Assembly (NCBI RefSeq): GCF_000143415.4
Contig: NW_003314296.1
Span: 725,645 to 789,644, forward strand
Reading direction: 5' to 3'
Origin: Selaginella moellendorffii
Taxonomy: Eukaryota > Plantae > Lycopodiophyta
DNA length: 64,000 nt
The notes under the pieces are model-generated. The model was not told where the DNA came from. It searched no databases and worked only from the letters and a program-made list of their open reading frames with translations. Positions 20,598-33,278 of this stretch are shown here, in pieces. Made by a program: the position numbers and the translations under genes. How positions within the stretch are numbered: position 1 is the stretch's first letter; the number at the start of each line of letters is the position of its first letter.

Positions 20598-23500
20598 ATG
20601 GCCATCAGCGTCTATGAGAATCTCACAGTAATTTTTCTTCTATTCGTGCGCTTGACGCTCTGTGCTGCTAACTCGCAAGGAGGTACGCAAATTTGGTGGT
20701 ACTTTCTATGTCTTTGATTAATATCTCTTTACGCTCGTCTCTCACGCTTTTTTTTTTCCGCAGCTGTGAACGCGAGCTTTATCAGTCTTGCTTGCGGATG
20801 TGACAACGCTTTTTTGGATTCTCACAACCTCACCTGGATACCCGATGACGCTTACGCTGATGGATTTGGACGACCGGTTTTTGTTCCAGGAGGCAAGGAG
20901 AATTTAGGACCCACGAATGGCTTCGACCATAAGCTCTATGATCACCTCAGGTACTTTGACGATACTAAGAGCTGCTACAAGCTGCCAGTTACACCCGGAA
21001 CTATATACTTGATCCGAGGGACGTTCTTCTATGGAAACTATGACACGAAAGGCTCTCCGCCATCGTTTAGTATCTCCCTGGACGCGACTTTGATCCACAA
21101 AGTTACTTTCACGGATGATGTCAAGCATGCCGAGGCAATTTTTACAGCTGACGCTCAAGAAGTGAGCTACTGCCTTATTGCTCTCTCGGCAAGTATGAAA
21201 CCTGTGATATCATCATTGGAACTCCGGCCTTTGGTGAATTTCTTTCTTCCCGATGGCATCCTGGAGACAATCGCCCGTTTAGACGTTGCGAACTGGAACG
21301 GAAACATCAGGTAAACAGATCAAACTTTGATGTTAACTCTCGTTACTCAAGCAATATTTCAGGTACCCTGTCGATCCATCAGATTTGATATGGTATACAG
21401 ATATATCTCGATCGGATGGGTTCGTCAACGTAAACGCTGGCAGCGACTTTTATGATCACGTTCCAAAGGTCGTAATGGATACTGCAGCGACCTCGGATAA
21501 CTCTTTACAATATGTATTCGACGTCGAAAGCTCTGACCTTGACTTCTACGTTTGTCTGCACTTTTTGGAGCTGGAACCATTACTGAGGCCTGGTGATCGA
21601 ATTTTTGACGTGCTTGCAAACCATCAAATGATTCGCAGGAACTTAGATATTTTGGAAATATCTGGCTTGGCCAGAAGTATTGGATATAAGCTATGTTTCG
21701 AAGTGCTTGCGAGCCCGACACTGAATATCTCGCTTATCGCCAATGGTACAAGTCGAAAGGGTCCCATGTTGAATGCTCTTGAAGCGTATCATATTGTCAA
21801 AAAGGCAGCTGGAACCTTGAAACGCGATGGTAATGTTCTTTCTTCCCAGTGAGCATCGAAGGTGCTAACTTTGGTTCTTCCTTGTAGTTGATGCTTTGCT
21901 GCCTTTGAAGGAAATGTACCGATCTAAATTGCAGTGGTCGGGAGATCCGTGCCTTCCGTTGCAGACAAACTGGGATGGCATTAACTGCGACATGAGAAGC
22001 GGAGGGCCAGCTATAGTTGAACTGTGAGTACCCACCCATATTTTCAAGTATTAATCCTCTGAACAGAAATCTCGAAGGAAAAGGTCTAAATGGTTCTGTT
22101 CCAACCAGTTTAAGCAGATTGGAGGATCTAGAGATTCTGTAAGTTACGCATTTGTGTTTGCAACAATATGTGACTTGCGGTTGACAGGCAACTAGACGAA
22201 AACATGTTTATTGGAGAAATTCCCAACTTTTCCTCCCTTAAGAATTTGACAACACTGTGAGTTCGTTTCCCATTGATAAGCCACCTCAAGAGTTGATTTC
22301 TTGCACAGGGAACTTGAAAATAACAACCTAAACGGGACGATTCCTGAGTATTTGGGACATATGCCAAAGCTTGCGGTGCTGTAAGTATGACATGACGCTG
22401 TCGTTGTTGGCTGATCAATATATTTGTGGTAGGCACTTGGACAATAACAACTTGGGGGGATATATACCATCTGACCTTCGCAAAATGGTGAACTTTACGT
22501 AAGCATTGCGGAGGTTCCCCAGTTTTTCATTCTAACGATAGAATATTTCAGATTTTCTGGGAACCAGTTGCTACTAGGCTGGCGTGAGGATGCAAAGGAC
22601 CATAGTTTGACGAAGTTTTTCATTGCTGGATTTACTGGCGGCTTTGCAATCCTCTTGGTTGTCATGGCTGGGTGCTTATTTTTTGCTATTCGCAAGCGCA
22701 AAATGAAGTTGATAGATGTTGTGGCATTCAGTGCGAACAGCCAGTTGAAAGCAACGCCGCAATGTAAGAAAGGCTTGCTTTTTCTCTCTTTTATTGTTTT
22801 TGGAGCTGACATTAGACCTGCAGATGTGACGACAATTGCCAAAGATGCCAAAGACTCAAATCACATACGCCGACTTACTCTGAAAGAGGTAGTCAATGCG
22901 ACCAATTGTTACAAGACTATGATCGGTGAAGGGGGATTTGGCACTGTTTTCTACGGCACACTCTCTGGTCAAGCTGTAGCTGTGAAGGCTAGATCGTCAA
23001 GCTCAATACAAGGAACTCGTGAGTTCAACACAGAGGTACTACCAAGCTTGTTTTCATCGTTTCAGTTTCGAAGTGTGTCTATGTTATGTAGCTCAATCTT
23101 CTCTCTAGAATTCAGCACGAAAACCTCGTTCCACTGCTTGGTTTCTGTGCGGAAGATGAACAAGAGATTCTTATATATCCTTACATGCCAAATGGATCTC
23201 TACAGGATAGATTGTATGGTAAGTATGCAACATATGCATTTGCCTACTTGACACTTGCTAAACAGGCGAAGGTTTCAAGCGAAAGCCTCTCGACTGGCCA
23301 ACGAGATTGTCTATAGCTCTTGGTGCTGCCAAAGGTTAAAAACGCATTCTTTTCTTTCGAGGTTGTCACACATGTGTTTATAACAGGTCTCTCGTTCCTT
23401 CACGCTGGAGGGGACTTATCAATTATACACAGGGATATTAAGTCCAGTAACATTTTGTTAGATCAATCCATGACAGCAAAGGTTGCAGATTTTGGATTTT

Positions 23501-24129
23501 CAAAGTTTGCTCCTCAAGACGGCGATAGTGTTGTCTCTTTGGAAGTTCGTGGAACGGCTGGCTATTTAGACCCGGAGTAAGTCATAAACCTCTGCATTGC
23601 TGTGAAACAAACTTGCTCACTGTTTTTTCCAGATATTATTTGACACAAGAACTCACAGTTAAAAGTGATGTCTATAGCTTTGGAGTGGTCCTTTTAGAAG
23701 TCATATGTGGCCGTGAGCCACTGAGCATCGACCGTCCTCGATCGGAGTGGAGCTTGGTTGAATGGGTAGGATATTATATCCACCGCGTGAGTTTTAGACG
23801 GACTCTAAAGCTTTACTGAAATTTTGCAGGCAAGACCATACATCCAAGACACAAACATCGAAGCCATAGTCGACTCGAGCATCAGCTCCAGCTACAGTCC
23901 GGAGGCGATGTGGAGAGTGCTGGAAGTCGCGATGCTGAGTGTCCAACCTCATTCCAGCCGGAGGCCGTCCATGTCCGACATCGTCCGCGAGCTGGAAGAC
24001 GCTCTCATCATCGAGAACAACGCGTCGCAGTTCATGGCCTCCATCGACTCCAATCCCTCCGGCCTCTCTAAGCAGTTCGACATCTCCCCGGCATTCTCAG
24101 AGACGATGGGCTCTCCAGATCCGCGATGA
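20598..24129 (+). CDS. SYMRK: Symbiosis receptor-like kinase SYMRK/DMI2/NORK (malectin-like + GDPC + LRR + TM + kinase)
   Basis: Signal peptide; malectin-like [28 protein letters not shown]; WSGDPCLP; four phase-2 LRR exons; TM. Kinase carries SYMRK-typical text: [83 protein letters not shown]. Confidence 0.92.
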
Positions 24130-24947
24130 GCCTCTCCAGGTACTTTGATTCGTAGCGTCACTGCTCTCTTCTTTTCTAAATTCTTGTGAGGTGCAGAACA
24201 ATTTTGTTAGCTTGTCTTGAGTGTACAGCGCCATCTCAGGAAGCTCTTCCTGCTTTAAGAAGAACAGTGCAGACTACCGAAGAACTCCAAGGTACTCCTA
24301 ATCATTCCCTTGCTTGTCAATCCTAATTGCTTTTTCAAAAGGAACGATTCTAAAGCTGACTTACAAAGTGACTGATGCTCTCAGCTAAGCAAAAATTGCT
24401 TCTCTCCATAAGAAAAATGAAGATGAGCTCCAGTTATATCTCTTTGGCCATGGTTGCTGTGCCTTGCCACTTGGACACCAACAAGGTGATTATAAGACTA
24501 TAGTGGCAAATGTGTTGAAAAAACGACCAGCATTTGTCAATGAAAGCAATTTTTTCGCCTACTGTTAGGAAACCTTAAAACTCCATTTAATTTAAGAAAT
24601 ATAAATATAAATTTCATTATAAAGGTTATTTTATTATATTTTTCAGCTGGATTATAGCTCACAAACTACTAGCTGTATACATACTTTCTTGTATTATCAA
24701 TATACTAATAAAAAGAAAAATTATATTTATTATAAAGCTTGTTGTAAAAATAATAACTTTATTAAAACTCATTTTTAATATAATTAATTAATTAATATAT
24801 TAAACTTGCAAAAGATTATTTATTAATTTATTCATTGTTCACTCTAATAATTCATTGTGCTTTATACTTTGCTATAACATATTTTATTCTTAAAAGTAGC
24901 ATCGTATGTGTATATGTACATCCATATACATGCATATACATACATGT

Positions 24948-24949
24948 AC

Positions 24950-25029
<80 letters not shown>

Positions 25030-25049
25030 GTATATATGTATATATATAT
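24948..25049. repeat. Compound (TA)n(TG)n(TA)n microsatellite
   Basis: About 11 TA, about 22 TG, then TA runs. Confidence 0.97.
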
Positions 25050-28000
25050 TACGTAAAAATAATATTAACACTGAAACACCAACTTTTATCATTTATTCAC
25101 TTTAGCTTGTAAAAGAGGATAAAAAACTTTATTTATCAAGTCATTATAAAATTATTTCGCATTAAAATAATTGATGAAATCTTAGATATAAGATAATTGA
25201 ACAATTACAAACATAAAAAATAATTTTTTTAATATAAATATTAATTTAATATAATGGATGAAAAAAGTGGTGTTAAGTTTATCAACTATGCCTTGAAAGA
25301 ACAAATAAACATATTTTATATGGAATTAATAAATACAATACTATAGGGATATCTAAAAATGTGTTGAAAAGTGATAAAAAATTTAAAAGTATGGGATATT
25401 AAACTTTTATAGTTAACATGAGTGTAATTAAGTTCCAAGGTTACATTGATATAAAAAGGATGAAAAATAAATATTATAGAAGGTAAAAATGATAGTTTAA
25501 TAGTTCAAATTTGGTTCTTAAAAACTTTGGATACTAAGTAGTTATATCATGATTAAATCCCTAACCCTATAATTAATAATATGATCTAATAACTTAGTTA
25601 ATTAATTTTTAAATTTTATTTTTTTGTATAATTTTTAACCAAAAATAAAATATCTTTATAAAATTTTGAGCTGAAATTATATTATAAATACATTATATTT
25701 TTCATTGATAAAAATAATTTGTTACTATAAGATCTATTCAGAACATAACCATTAAGTTTTTTATAAAAACTTAGAGATATTTCACATTGATTTATAAATG
25801 AATTGATTAAAACATAGAGAGAAAGAGAGAAAAAGAGATATTTTTGAAACTAAAAGATTTTAAAGATCTTTTTGAAGTTTTTACTTCTGAAAAACTGAAG
25901 AACAAAATCCAAATGTTGAAATTGAAAATCAAATTAGTCATATACATTTACTTGCCATTAGTGTTTTGCAACAACATTGGCTAATGTAAAATAGATAAAA
26001 TTTGCCCAATCAAGCAAATTGCTAATTGAAATGGTCAATTACTATCTAATGCACATATATGTCCTTCTATAGAGTGCTAGATCTAGAGGTTGACACTGTG
26101 ATCTTTTGATCTTATGATGGATTTATCAAATGATTAAAGGGAGCACTAGATTCTAGCTTCTTCAAAAGAATAAGAGATGACTAGCATTAACCCTTTATTT
26201 CTCATGTGGTACTTCCTCTAATGGATGGATTGGAGGTTTACAACTAAGCAATTTTCTCTTTAATACAGCAAGTTAGGACCAAGTGAACAATTTTCTTATA
26301 TCCCCTTTGTCTTCTCTTTTAGTTTCTATATAAATCTAATATACATATGTAACCCAAAATCACAGTTACCCAGTGTTGAATTTTAGGTGCATAATCACAC
26401 ATATTTAGTCTTGCCACAAATGTGCCACATCACCAGTTAATTGCCATATGTTAACGGTCCAGATTTTTCAAATGCACCGGTCTAGATTGTACATACATTA
26501 TCCAATGGACGGCCCAGATTTCAATTATCACATTCTTGAGAAACAATCACCTGGAAGAAAAAATTGGAGAGGAAAATTTACCTTCAAGGCAGCGTTTCCC
26601 AAGCTTCCACCTTCAACATAACATCCACACTAAAGAACAAAGAGATCATTCTCCACACATGGGAAGAATCTCTTACCTGGAGCTTGTAGTGTGGGCATTT
26701 GCCTCGATTTCTCCACAGCGCCTCTCCCATTCCCATCAATCTTGCCGCTGTGCTGATAGAGGAAAGAAAGAAGAATCACTCAATTGTAGAAAGAGAAGGA
26801 AATATTGCCAGGATATCGGGAAAACAAGAGGATGAAGACGCAAACTGCGCCTCACTGCCGCTAAGAACCCTAGCTGCCCTATGGCGCCTCCATCTCCTGT
26901 GACTGAAGCTATGCGTGCGTGGCAAAATATGCCACATCATCCTTGAAAGTGTAAGCTTTCTCGGGTTTGGTAAGTAATATTAAACATAGAGAAAGTTTAA
27001 GAACAAATTTGAGTCTGTAGTTTAGATAAAAATATTCTAGGATTTCTTTGCGACTTGGTAAGTTTTCTTTTTTCTTGTAAACCATGAGGAGAAAACTGAT
27101 ATGTAGGATGCACTCACCTTTACCTCTAACGCCGATTTCGAGAGCAAATTCTCGGCTACTCCTGCCGAAATTCCAGTTCCCGCGCTTTACATGATCATTT
27201 GATTTCTTTTCTTTTACTGGCAAGCAAAATCCAGCGTGACGATTCCTTCAAAACAAAGTGAAACTCGTCAGCAGCTCGACTCTTTCACCTCACGAGCTTT
27301 TCAAGGACAATGAAAAGCAATTATAGCAACAAGATCAAGGCAAAGCTGTCATAACACTTTAATTCAAATCCCGAGCCATTGTTCTTTTATGACAAGGAGC
27401 AGCTGCCAAATCCCGAGCTTTTGTTCTTCTATGACAAGCGCAAGTAAAAAACAAAGCATAAAACGCAAGCTCTTCGAACACAGCTCTAATCGCCCAGCCA
27501 CGCCACGAATGCCTCCAGAGGGCACTTTACATTCTGTAGATAAGTATATATACGGTATTCAGTTAAAGTCTTTTTCAGGATTTGACGAAGCAAAAGGGTG
27601 GAGTTTCCCCAAGTTCTTCCCTGGAACGAAAATGTTTTACATGTCTTGTCAACCTCCACGGCCAGGACCAAAGCCAAGAGTAGACTCTGTCTCTCGAAGT
27701 TTTTTGCACTAGCAACTGCAAAAATTTCTACATCTAAAAGACTTCATGTGAGAGGGATTTTTCTATCCAAATCAAATAGAATATATCTGGCAAACCCACA
27801 GTAAATTCACAACGGGCTGGTGTTGATGTCTGGGATGTGTTGTCATCATTGGTGTCACTCAATGAGTATCTGGAATTATTTTGCTCCAGATCTTTGAGGC
27901 TATCAGGTACTTGGGCCTGATCCATCAAGTTAGGAGCTTTTCCTATGTGTTAACAACTTTGAATTTATTAGAACACTAAAAGTAAGAGCAAAAGATGGAA

Positions 28001-28805
28001 ATAACTTCATGAGCTCCTTTTCAATAAGAATGCTCTCAAGATCAGTAGCAAAGAATTAATAAATTAATAAATTAATAAGTGTGTATTGCCCTCCTTAAAT
28101 AAAAACAAAATAAGACTAGGATGCCATTAGTCTCGACACTTGGCCAAAACAACGTAAAATTGCATGCCACACAAATGTAGGTTCCCAAACTATTGCAACT
28201 CAGGTTTGCAAATGCTATTGCCAAAGTTGAGATGGTGAAGTTCCTGAGCAATCTTCAAAAAGATATAGAGATGCTTTATGAAAGTAATATCCAGTATATA
28301 TTAACTTATATTTAGTATTTTGTTCTAACATACCATAAATGAGGAATGAAACACATCATCACTTCACTGGGTGCCAAAGCCCATAGGTTATAATGCCAAC
28401 AGCTCAATTGACAATGAGATTAAGAAGTGGGTTGAGTAGGATATTTACAACAACCAGTGTCTAAAACTCCAGTGCCATATGGCAAATGATGAAAACCTTG
28501 AATGCATATGGATCTGGAGCATTCGATCTAGAGAGTTCAACATCATGTTTTAGGCCAAGAGGAAAATACTACCATTAGAAGGTATCATCTAAAACAAAAA
28601 TTTCTTTTGCAGCTGTAGATATCTTGTAAATATAAGTGTGTTGAACACATATATTCCAGTGTTTTAGCTTTCAATTGTTTTCTTCATCTCCGTGGGCTCA
28701 ATTTTAATCCTTCCAAAATATTTCTTTTCCTAGAATATATTAACATTTTCATTTGATAAATATAAAACAGAAATTTAAATTCATAAACCTTTATATGAAT
28801 GGAAC

Positions 28806-30809
28806 TTAATCACGCAAACTGGCTGCCAACAATGTCGTGCGTGCTACTTGATCGTGCTTGAAAGGCATGGCTCGCTCCACTGCTACCGCTTCCTCGAGAG
28901 AGCTCGCCCGACCAAACAAGTCCACCATGCTAGAGTAGTGGCGAAGGCCTGGAGCTACGCCATACCTCCACATCTCCTGGAAAAACTTCCGGCCCTGCTC
29001 GATCCATCCCGCGGCACTGCACGCTGCGATAACCGAGAGGAACGTAAATCCATCCGGCCTGACGCCCTCCTCTAGCACGTTACCAAAGATCTCCACCACT
29101 TTGGCTGCGTCGCCTTGGTGACTATAGCTTGCTATCAGTGTGTTCCACAAAACCACGTCTCTGGATATCACAGCAGAATCGAAGATGTGCTGAGCAACGG
29201 CTATACTTCCACACTTGCCGTAGAAATCGATGACACTGTTTGTGACGCTGCTGCTCTCCAGTCCCCTCTTGCAGATCCCGGCATGGATTTTCCTTCCGGT
29301 TTCCAGATCCACCAAAGTCCCGCAAGCCATCAGCACCGCTGCAAAGGTTGGCAGCGTTGCTTCCAGCCCTGTGCATTCAAAAGCTTTGAACAGCTCCAAA
29401 ACCATCTTGCTCTCCCCTGTCTCAGCGTATCCCAGTAGCAACGAGGTCCACGACACGACGTCGTGATGCTTCATCTGGTCGAACACCGCTCGAGCGTCCA
29501 GCATGCTCTTACACTTTGCGTAAGTGTCGACCAGGGCACTGGAGAGGAAGATATCATCGAGTCGGACGGCTTTCGCTGCTTGAGAGTGGATCCGGAGAGA
29601 CTTTTCCAGATTCTTGACCTTCCAATGGATGATCTCATCGCCCTCTTCCTGCGCGGCCAAACAAGCGCAAGCCATTAGTCCGGCTACAAAACTTCGAGAG
29701 TTTCTCGCACAACCTTGCGCTTCCATGCACTCGTAGAGCTCCAGAGCCACCGCGCTCTCGCCGTTTTGCACGCATCCAAGGATCAGACACGTCCACAGCA
29801 CAACGTCGTGCTCAGGCATCCTGTCAAAAACAGCTCGCGCGTCAAGCAAGCTTCCAGACTTGGCATACACATCGACCAAATTACTTGCCGCGAAGAAGTC
29901 CAAGCTTGCGTTGCAGCTCCCCTCCAAAGCTCGAGCGTGGATGGTGAAACATGTTTCCAAGCTCTTGAGCTTCACGGCCCTCCCGTTTAACTCCACGCCA
30001 GCTTCTTTCTCTGCCAAAGCACCACACGCCATGAGAACCGCAACAAACGTCCTCGCATTTGGCACACACCTTTCACCTTTCATGGATTCGTAGAGCTCCA
30101 TAGCCACTTCGCACTGGCCGTTCTCTACGTAACCGAAAATCAAAGCAGTCCACAACACCACATCACGCTGTGTAGCCTTCTCGAAAACTTCTCGCGCTTC
30201 CGCCATGCTCCCACACTTCGCGTACAAATCGACCAAACTGGCAACCACAAACTTATCCAAGTTACAACCTCTCTTGGCAGCCAAGGAATGAATCTCCATA
30301 CCTCTCTCCAAGCACCATCTCGCGCGATGATCAAGCTCCGCCAAGCCAGCGCAAGCCATCAGCGCGGACACAAAAGTTCTAGCATCCATGGCACAGCTTC
30401 CTTGCACGAGCCTCTGGAAGAACTCGAGCGCTAGCTCGTTCTCGCCATTTTCCACGAGCCCCAGCGAGAAAGCGTTCCAGGAAACCAAGGCGTGGCACGG
30501 CATTCTCTGGAACACCGCACAGGCGTCACCCAAGCTGTGGCATTTGGCGTACATATCAAACAGCGACGTGGAGATGTAAATGCTCGTACCTCGTCCCCGG
30601 AGATGATTCCAGTGGATCCTCTTGCCGCTCTCCAAGTCCTTCAATCTCCTACACGCCCTCAATGCGGCCAAGACGAGGGGATTGTCTTCCTGTTGCTCGC
30701 GATTTCGGCTCCACAGGAGGAATCTCGCTGACAGCTCGGGATCGAGGCAGGATCTCGATGCCGCGAAGAAAGTACTAACAGATTTCCTGGCGCCGCGACG
30801 ATCGATCAT
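28806..30809 (-). CDS. PLS-class PPR protein, intronless, ending early in the E domain
   Basis: 667-aa ORF. SLVDLYAKCGS, DVVLWTALI and PNARTFVAVLMAC repeats; ends HYSSMVDLFGRA..MPFKHDQVARTTLLAASLRD*. Confidence 0.9.
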   Translation of the reverse strand: MIDRRGARKSVSTFFAASRSCLDPELSARFLLWSRNREQQEDNPLVLAALRACRRLKDLESGKRIHWNHLRGRGTSIYISTSLFDMYAKCHSLGDACAVFQRMPCHALVSWNAFSLGLVENGENELALEFFQRLVQGSCAMDARTFVSALMACAGLAELDHRARWCLERGMEIHSLAAKRGCNLDKFVVASLVDLYAKCGSMAEAREVFEKATQRDVVLWTALIFGYVENGQCEVAMELYESMKGERCVPNARTFVAVLMACGALAEKEAGVELNGRAVKLKSLETCFTIHARALEGSCNASLDFFAASNLVDVYAKSGSLLDARAVFDRMPEHDVVLWTCLILGCVQNGESAVALELYECMEAQGCARNSRSFVAGLMACACLAAQEEGDEIIHWKVKNLEKSLRIHSQAAKAVRLDDIFLSSALVDTYAKCKSMLDARAVFDQMKHHDVVSWTSLLLGYAETGESKMVLELFKAFECTGLEATLPTFAAVLMACGTLVDLETGRKIHAGICKRGLESSSVTNSVIDFYGKCGSIAVAQHIFDSAVISRDVVLWNTLIASYSHQGDAAKVVEIFGNVLEEGVRPDGFTFLSVIAACSAAGWIEQGRKFFQEMWRYGVAPGLRHYSSMVDLFGRASSLEEAVAVERAMPFKHDQVARTTLLAASLRD

Positions 30810-30826
30810 TGCTCATGACGCCCCTG

Positions 30827-30835
30827 AAACCCTAA
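30827..30835. promoter_or_regulatory. Telo-box (AAACCCTAA) just upstream of the PPR gene
   Basis: Exact AAACCCTAA 18 bp before the ATG; similar AACCCTA motifs at ~17412 and ~20270 upstream of other genes. Confidence 0.45.
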
Positions 30836-31589
30836 ACTTCCTCTTATTGTTATGGTCATTTCCTCTAAAGAGATTTAATTCGCATAAGCTTATTTATCTT
30901 AGGTTTGTTTTGGTAACATAGAAGGGTAAGTGTGGCTTAACCACATCAACATGTGTACAGGTCTGTGGCGCATCTCAAGGCCAGCTCTTCTCCATTTGCA
31001 ACTGCGGTGTTTCGGTTATGGTGTCTGGAATCAAGGGTCTCTTTATGAATGAAAAAGTTCGAGTGCAAGGCTTCCCATCGACCATGCTCTCTGCTCGAGA
31101 CAGTTGCTGAGAAATTATCTTATGAGCCACATGACATGGTTAATATGAAATCAACGTGGCTCAACTGGAAGCTCTTACACGAGCGTAGGGTGTTTTGTGA
31201 CGCTTTTGAGTCAGGGCCAGAGCTAGTGATCTTGTCTCCAAAGTTGAATTGGACAGGAGATGATCAGCAAAGAGGCACTTTACAGTCTTATCAAGTATAA
31301 GTTTCTGCACAGGCGCGAGAAATAGGATGCCATTAGGTCATTCTTGCAAAAATATTTCTAGGGTTTATCTCCTAGTCTGGTAAGATGAGGTTTCCTTGTC
31401 AGCGCATGGCCTCTGGACAGCGCCACTCAGCACATCGCCCGCCCTAGCGCAACCGCTACACCATGGCCAAACGGAGAACGTTAAAAGAGCGGTTCGCCGA
31501 TGTGGATTCTCAAGTTTCTGGAGGAACCAGACACCGGGATTTTGATAAGACTATCAGCAGAAGTGCCACCTTAGACAAAACCGAATGTC

Positions 31590-31735
31590 ACATATTGCTT
31601 GCCATACACAGCACCACAGTTATTAGCCTTCTTGAAAGATCGTCGCTCCCAAACCTCATATAAAAATCAACCAGATTTATCCAAGTCACAGCCTCTCTTC
31701 GCAGCCAAGGAATGAGCGTTCCAGGAAACCAAGCT
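31590..31735 (-). pseudogene. Internally deleted remnant of a PPR paralog
   Basis: 31678-31715 matches 30253-30291 and is fused to a match of 30471-30489; the adjacent bases read LVDFYMRFGS (compare LVDLYAKCGS). Confidence 0.7.
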
Positions 31736-33278
31736 AACAAAAAAGGTTTCATTTGAAACTTCACTTTTATCTTTAACCAGGGTGAAAATTTTGGTAATTT
31801 CTACGTTTTGTAAGGGTAAACCCCATTTTTGCAGGGTAAAATTATGTGGCTTGCGGTCGGCGCATCCTGGTCAACAAATTCAGGTCCAGTCAACGAGGAA
31901 AGCTTTTTGCTTTACAAGCAAGCCATTCATTGTCGCACAGGTCTAAGCTTACAGCAGTGAGTGATTCCCATGCTTTTTCTTGAATCTCTTGTTCTTCCCA
32001 GAAGAAGAGGAAACCTTTTAATTATTTTGCCTCCAGCTTAAAATCTAAAAAATTAAAATAATTTAAGAATCTCTACCAAAAAATTAAAATCATAATAAAG
32101 TTCCCTGGTTTGCTTAATAGTAGTGATCAAATAAAGATTTATAATCTATAATAATAAAGAGGAGTTGTCAAACTTTCTGGCAGGTAACTATGAAAGTGTT
32201 GTTTTTGTAACCACCTCTTAGCAAACAATCATGTTTGCTCTCAACCAATGGGAGGTTGCTAATTGCCTAGTACGAGAGAAGAAAATGTTGAGATGCATGT
32301 CACATGCATGTGTTGACAAACTCCACTTGACACCAAGAAATCCTTCTTGCCTTGCTAGACATGGATAAGCTTTTTCATCAAGTTCTCAGCTTCAAAAGGG
32401 CTCTCCAGCTCAATTGGAAAATATGACACTCGAGTCCTAACACAATAATTCACCCAGTCCCTGCTGCAATGCTTCTTTTCTCTCTTGCAAAGAGGAAACT
32501 TTGTCAAAGATTTGATCCAAAAGGGGCATTGGATTCTCTAGTTTCTTCTTGAGCTGCTCAATTAGAGGAACACATATCAGCTGGGTTCAAGTTGAGGGTA
32601 CTGGATGTTAGAATGATTTTCTGTGTGAGCCACCAATAGATGAGCCAGGTTGCATAGTGCAAGACACTGATGAAGAGGCAGTCACCCAGTGGCTGCTTGT
32701 TAAACACCATTCTACCCTCATGCTCGGCCAGAAGTAGTTTACCACCGGAACAACTAGAGCCACTAAGTGAACAAGATCAAACCAGAGACAAACTTTTGTC
32801 TTCATAAAAGCAAGCAAAACAAGTTATTGATCAATGCAAAAAAAAGATTTTCAGTCAAGCACAAAAGGCATTATGATGAATGCATGTACTTGATGATGCA
32901 TTGTTAATTAGCATTAACACTTAACCTTTTGCAATAGAGACTTGCAGGATTTTATAAGTCTTTTTAAGGACTTTAATAGTTTCTTATGGGGAAACACATA
33001 TTACTTCCTCAATTCATCTTTCAAAGTGGAATATAATATTGATATTATTCTAATTTAATTTTCAATATAACAAAATTATAACAATCAAAACAGTATTTGC
33101 AAATTGGGCAGCATATAGCTAGTTATTAACATGTTTGTATTTTATAAACACAAGATTAATCTTAACCATTAAATGGTAGAATAAACTAGAATATACTAAA
33201 AAATGTTTAAGAAAGTTTATAAATTATAAACATGTAAAGTATTCTTGAATATTCTTGAATATTTTACCATTTAACATT

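Noticed and set aside
24835-25112. Cys/Val- and His/Thr-rich ORFs
   Set aside because: Translations of the TA/TG microsatellite
28330-28590. Protein-like frame GYNANSSIDNEIKKWVE*DIY..
   Set aside because: Interrupted by stops and no family recognisable
32350-32817. Minus-strand fragment with GDCLF (OTU-like) and a coiled-coil stretch
   Set aside because: Motif too short, frameshifted, and no supporting His motif seen
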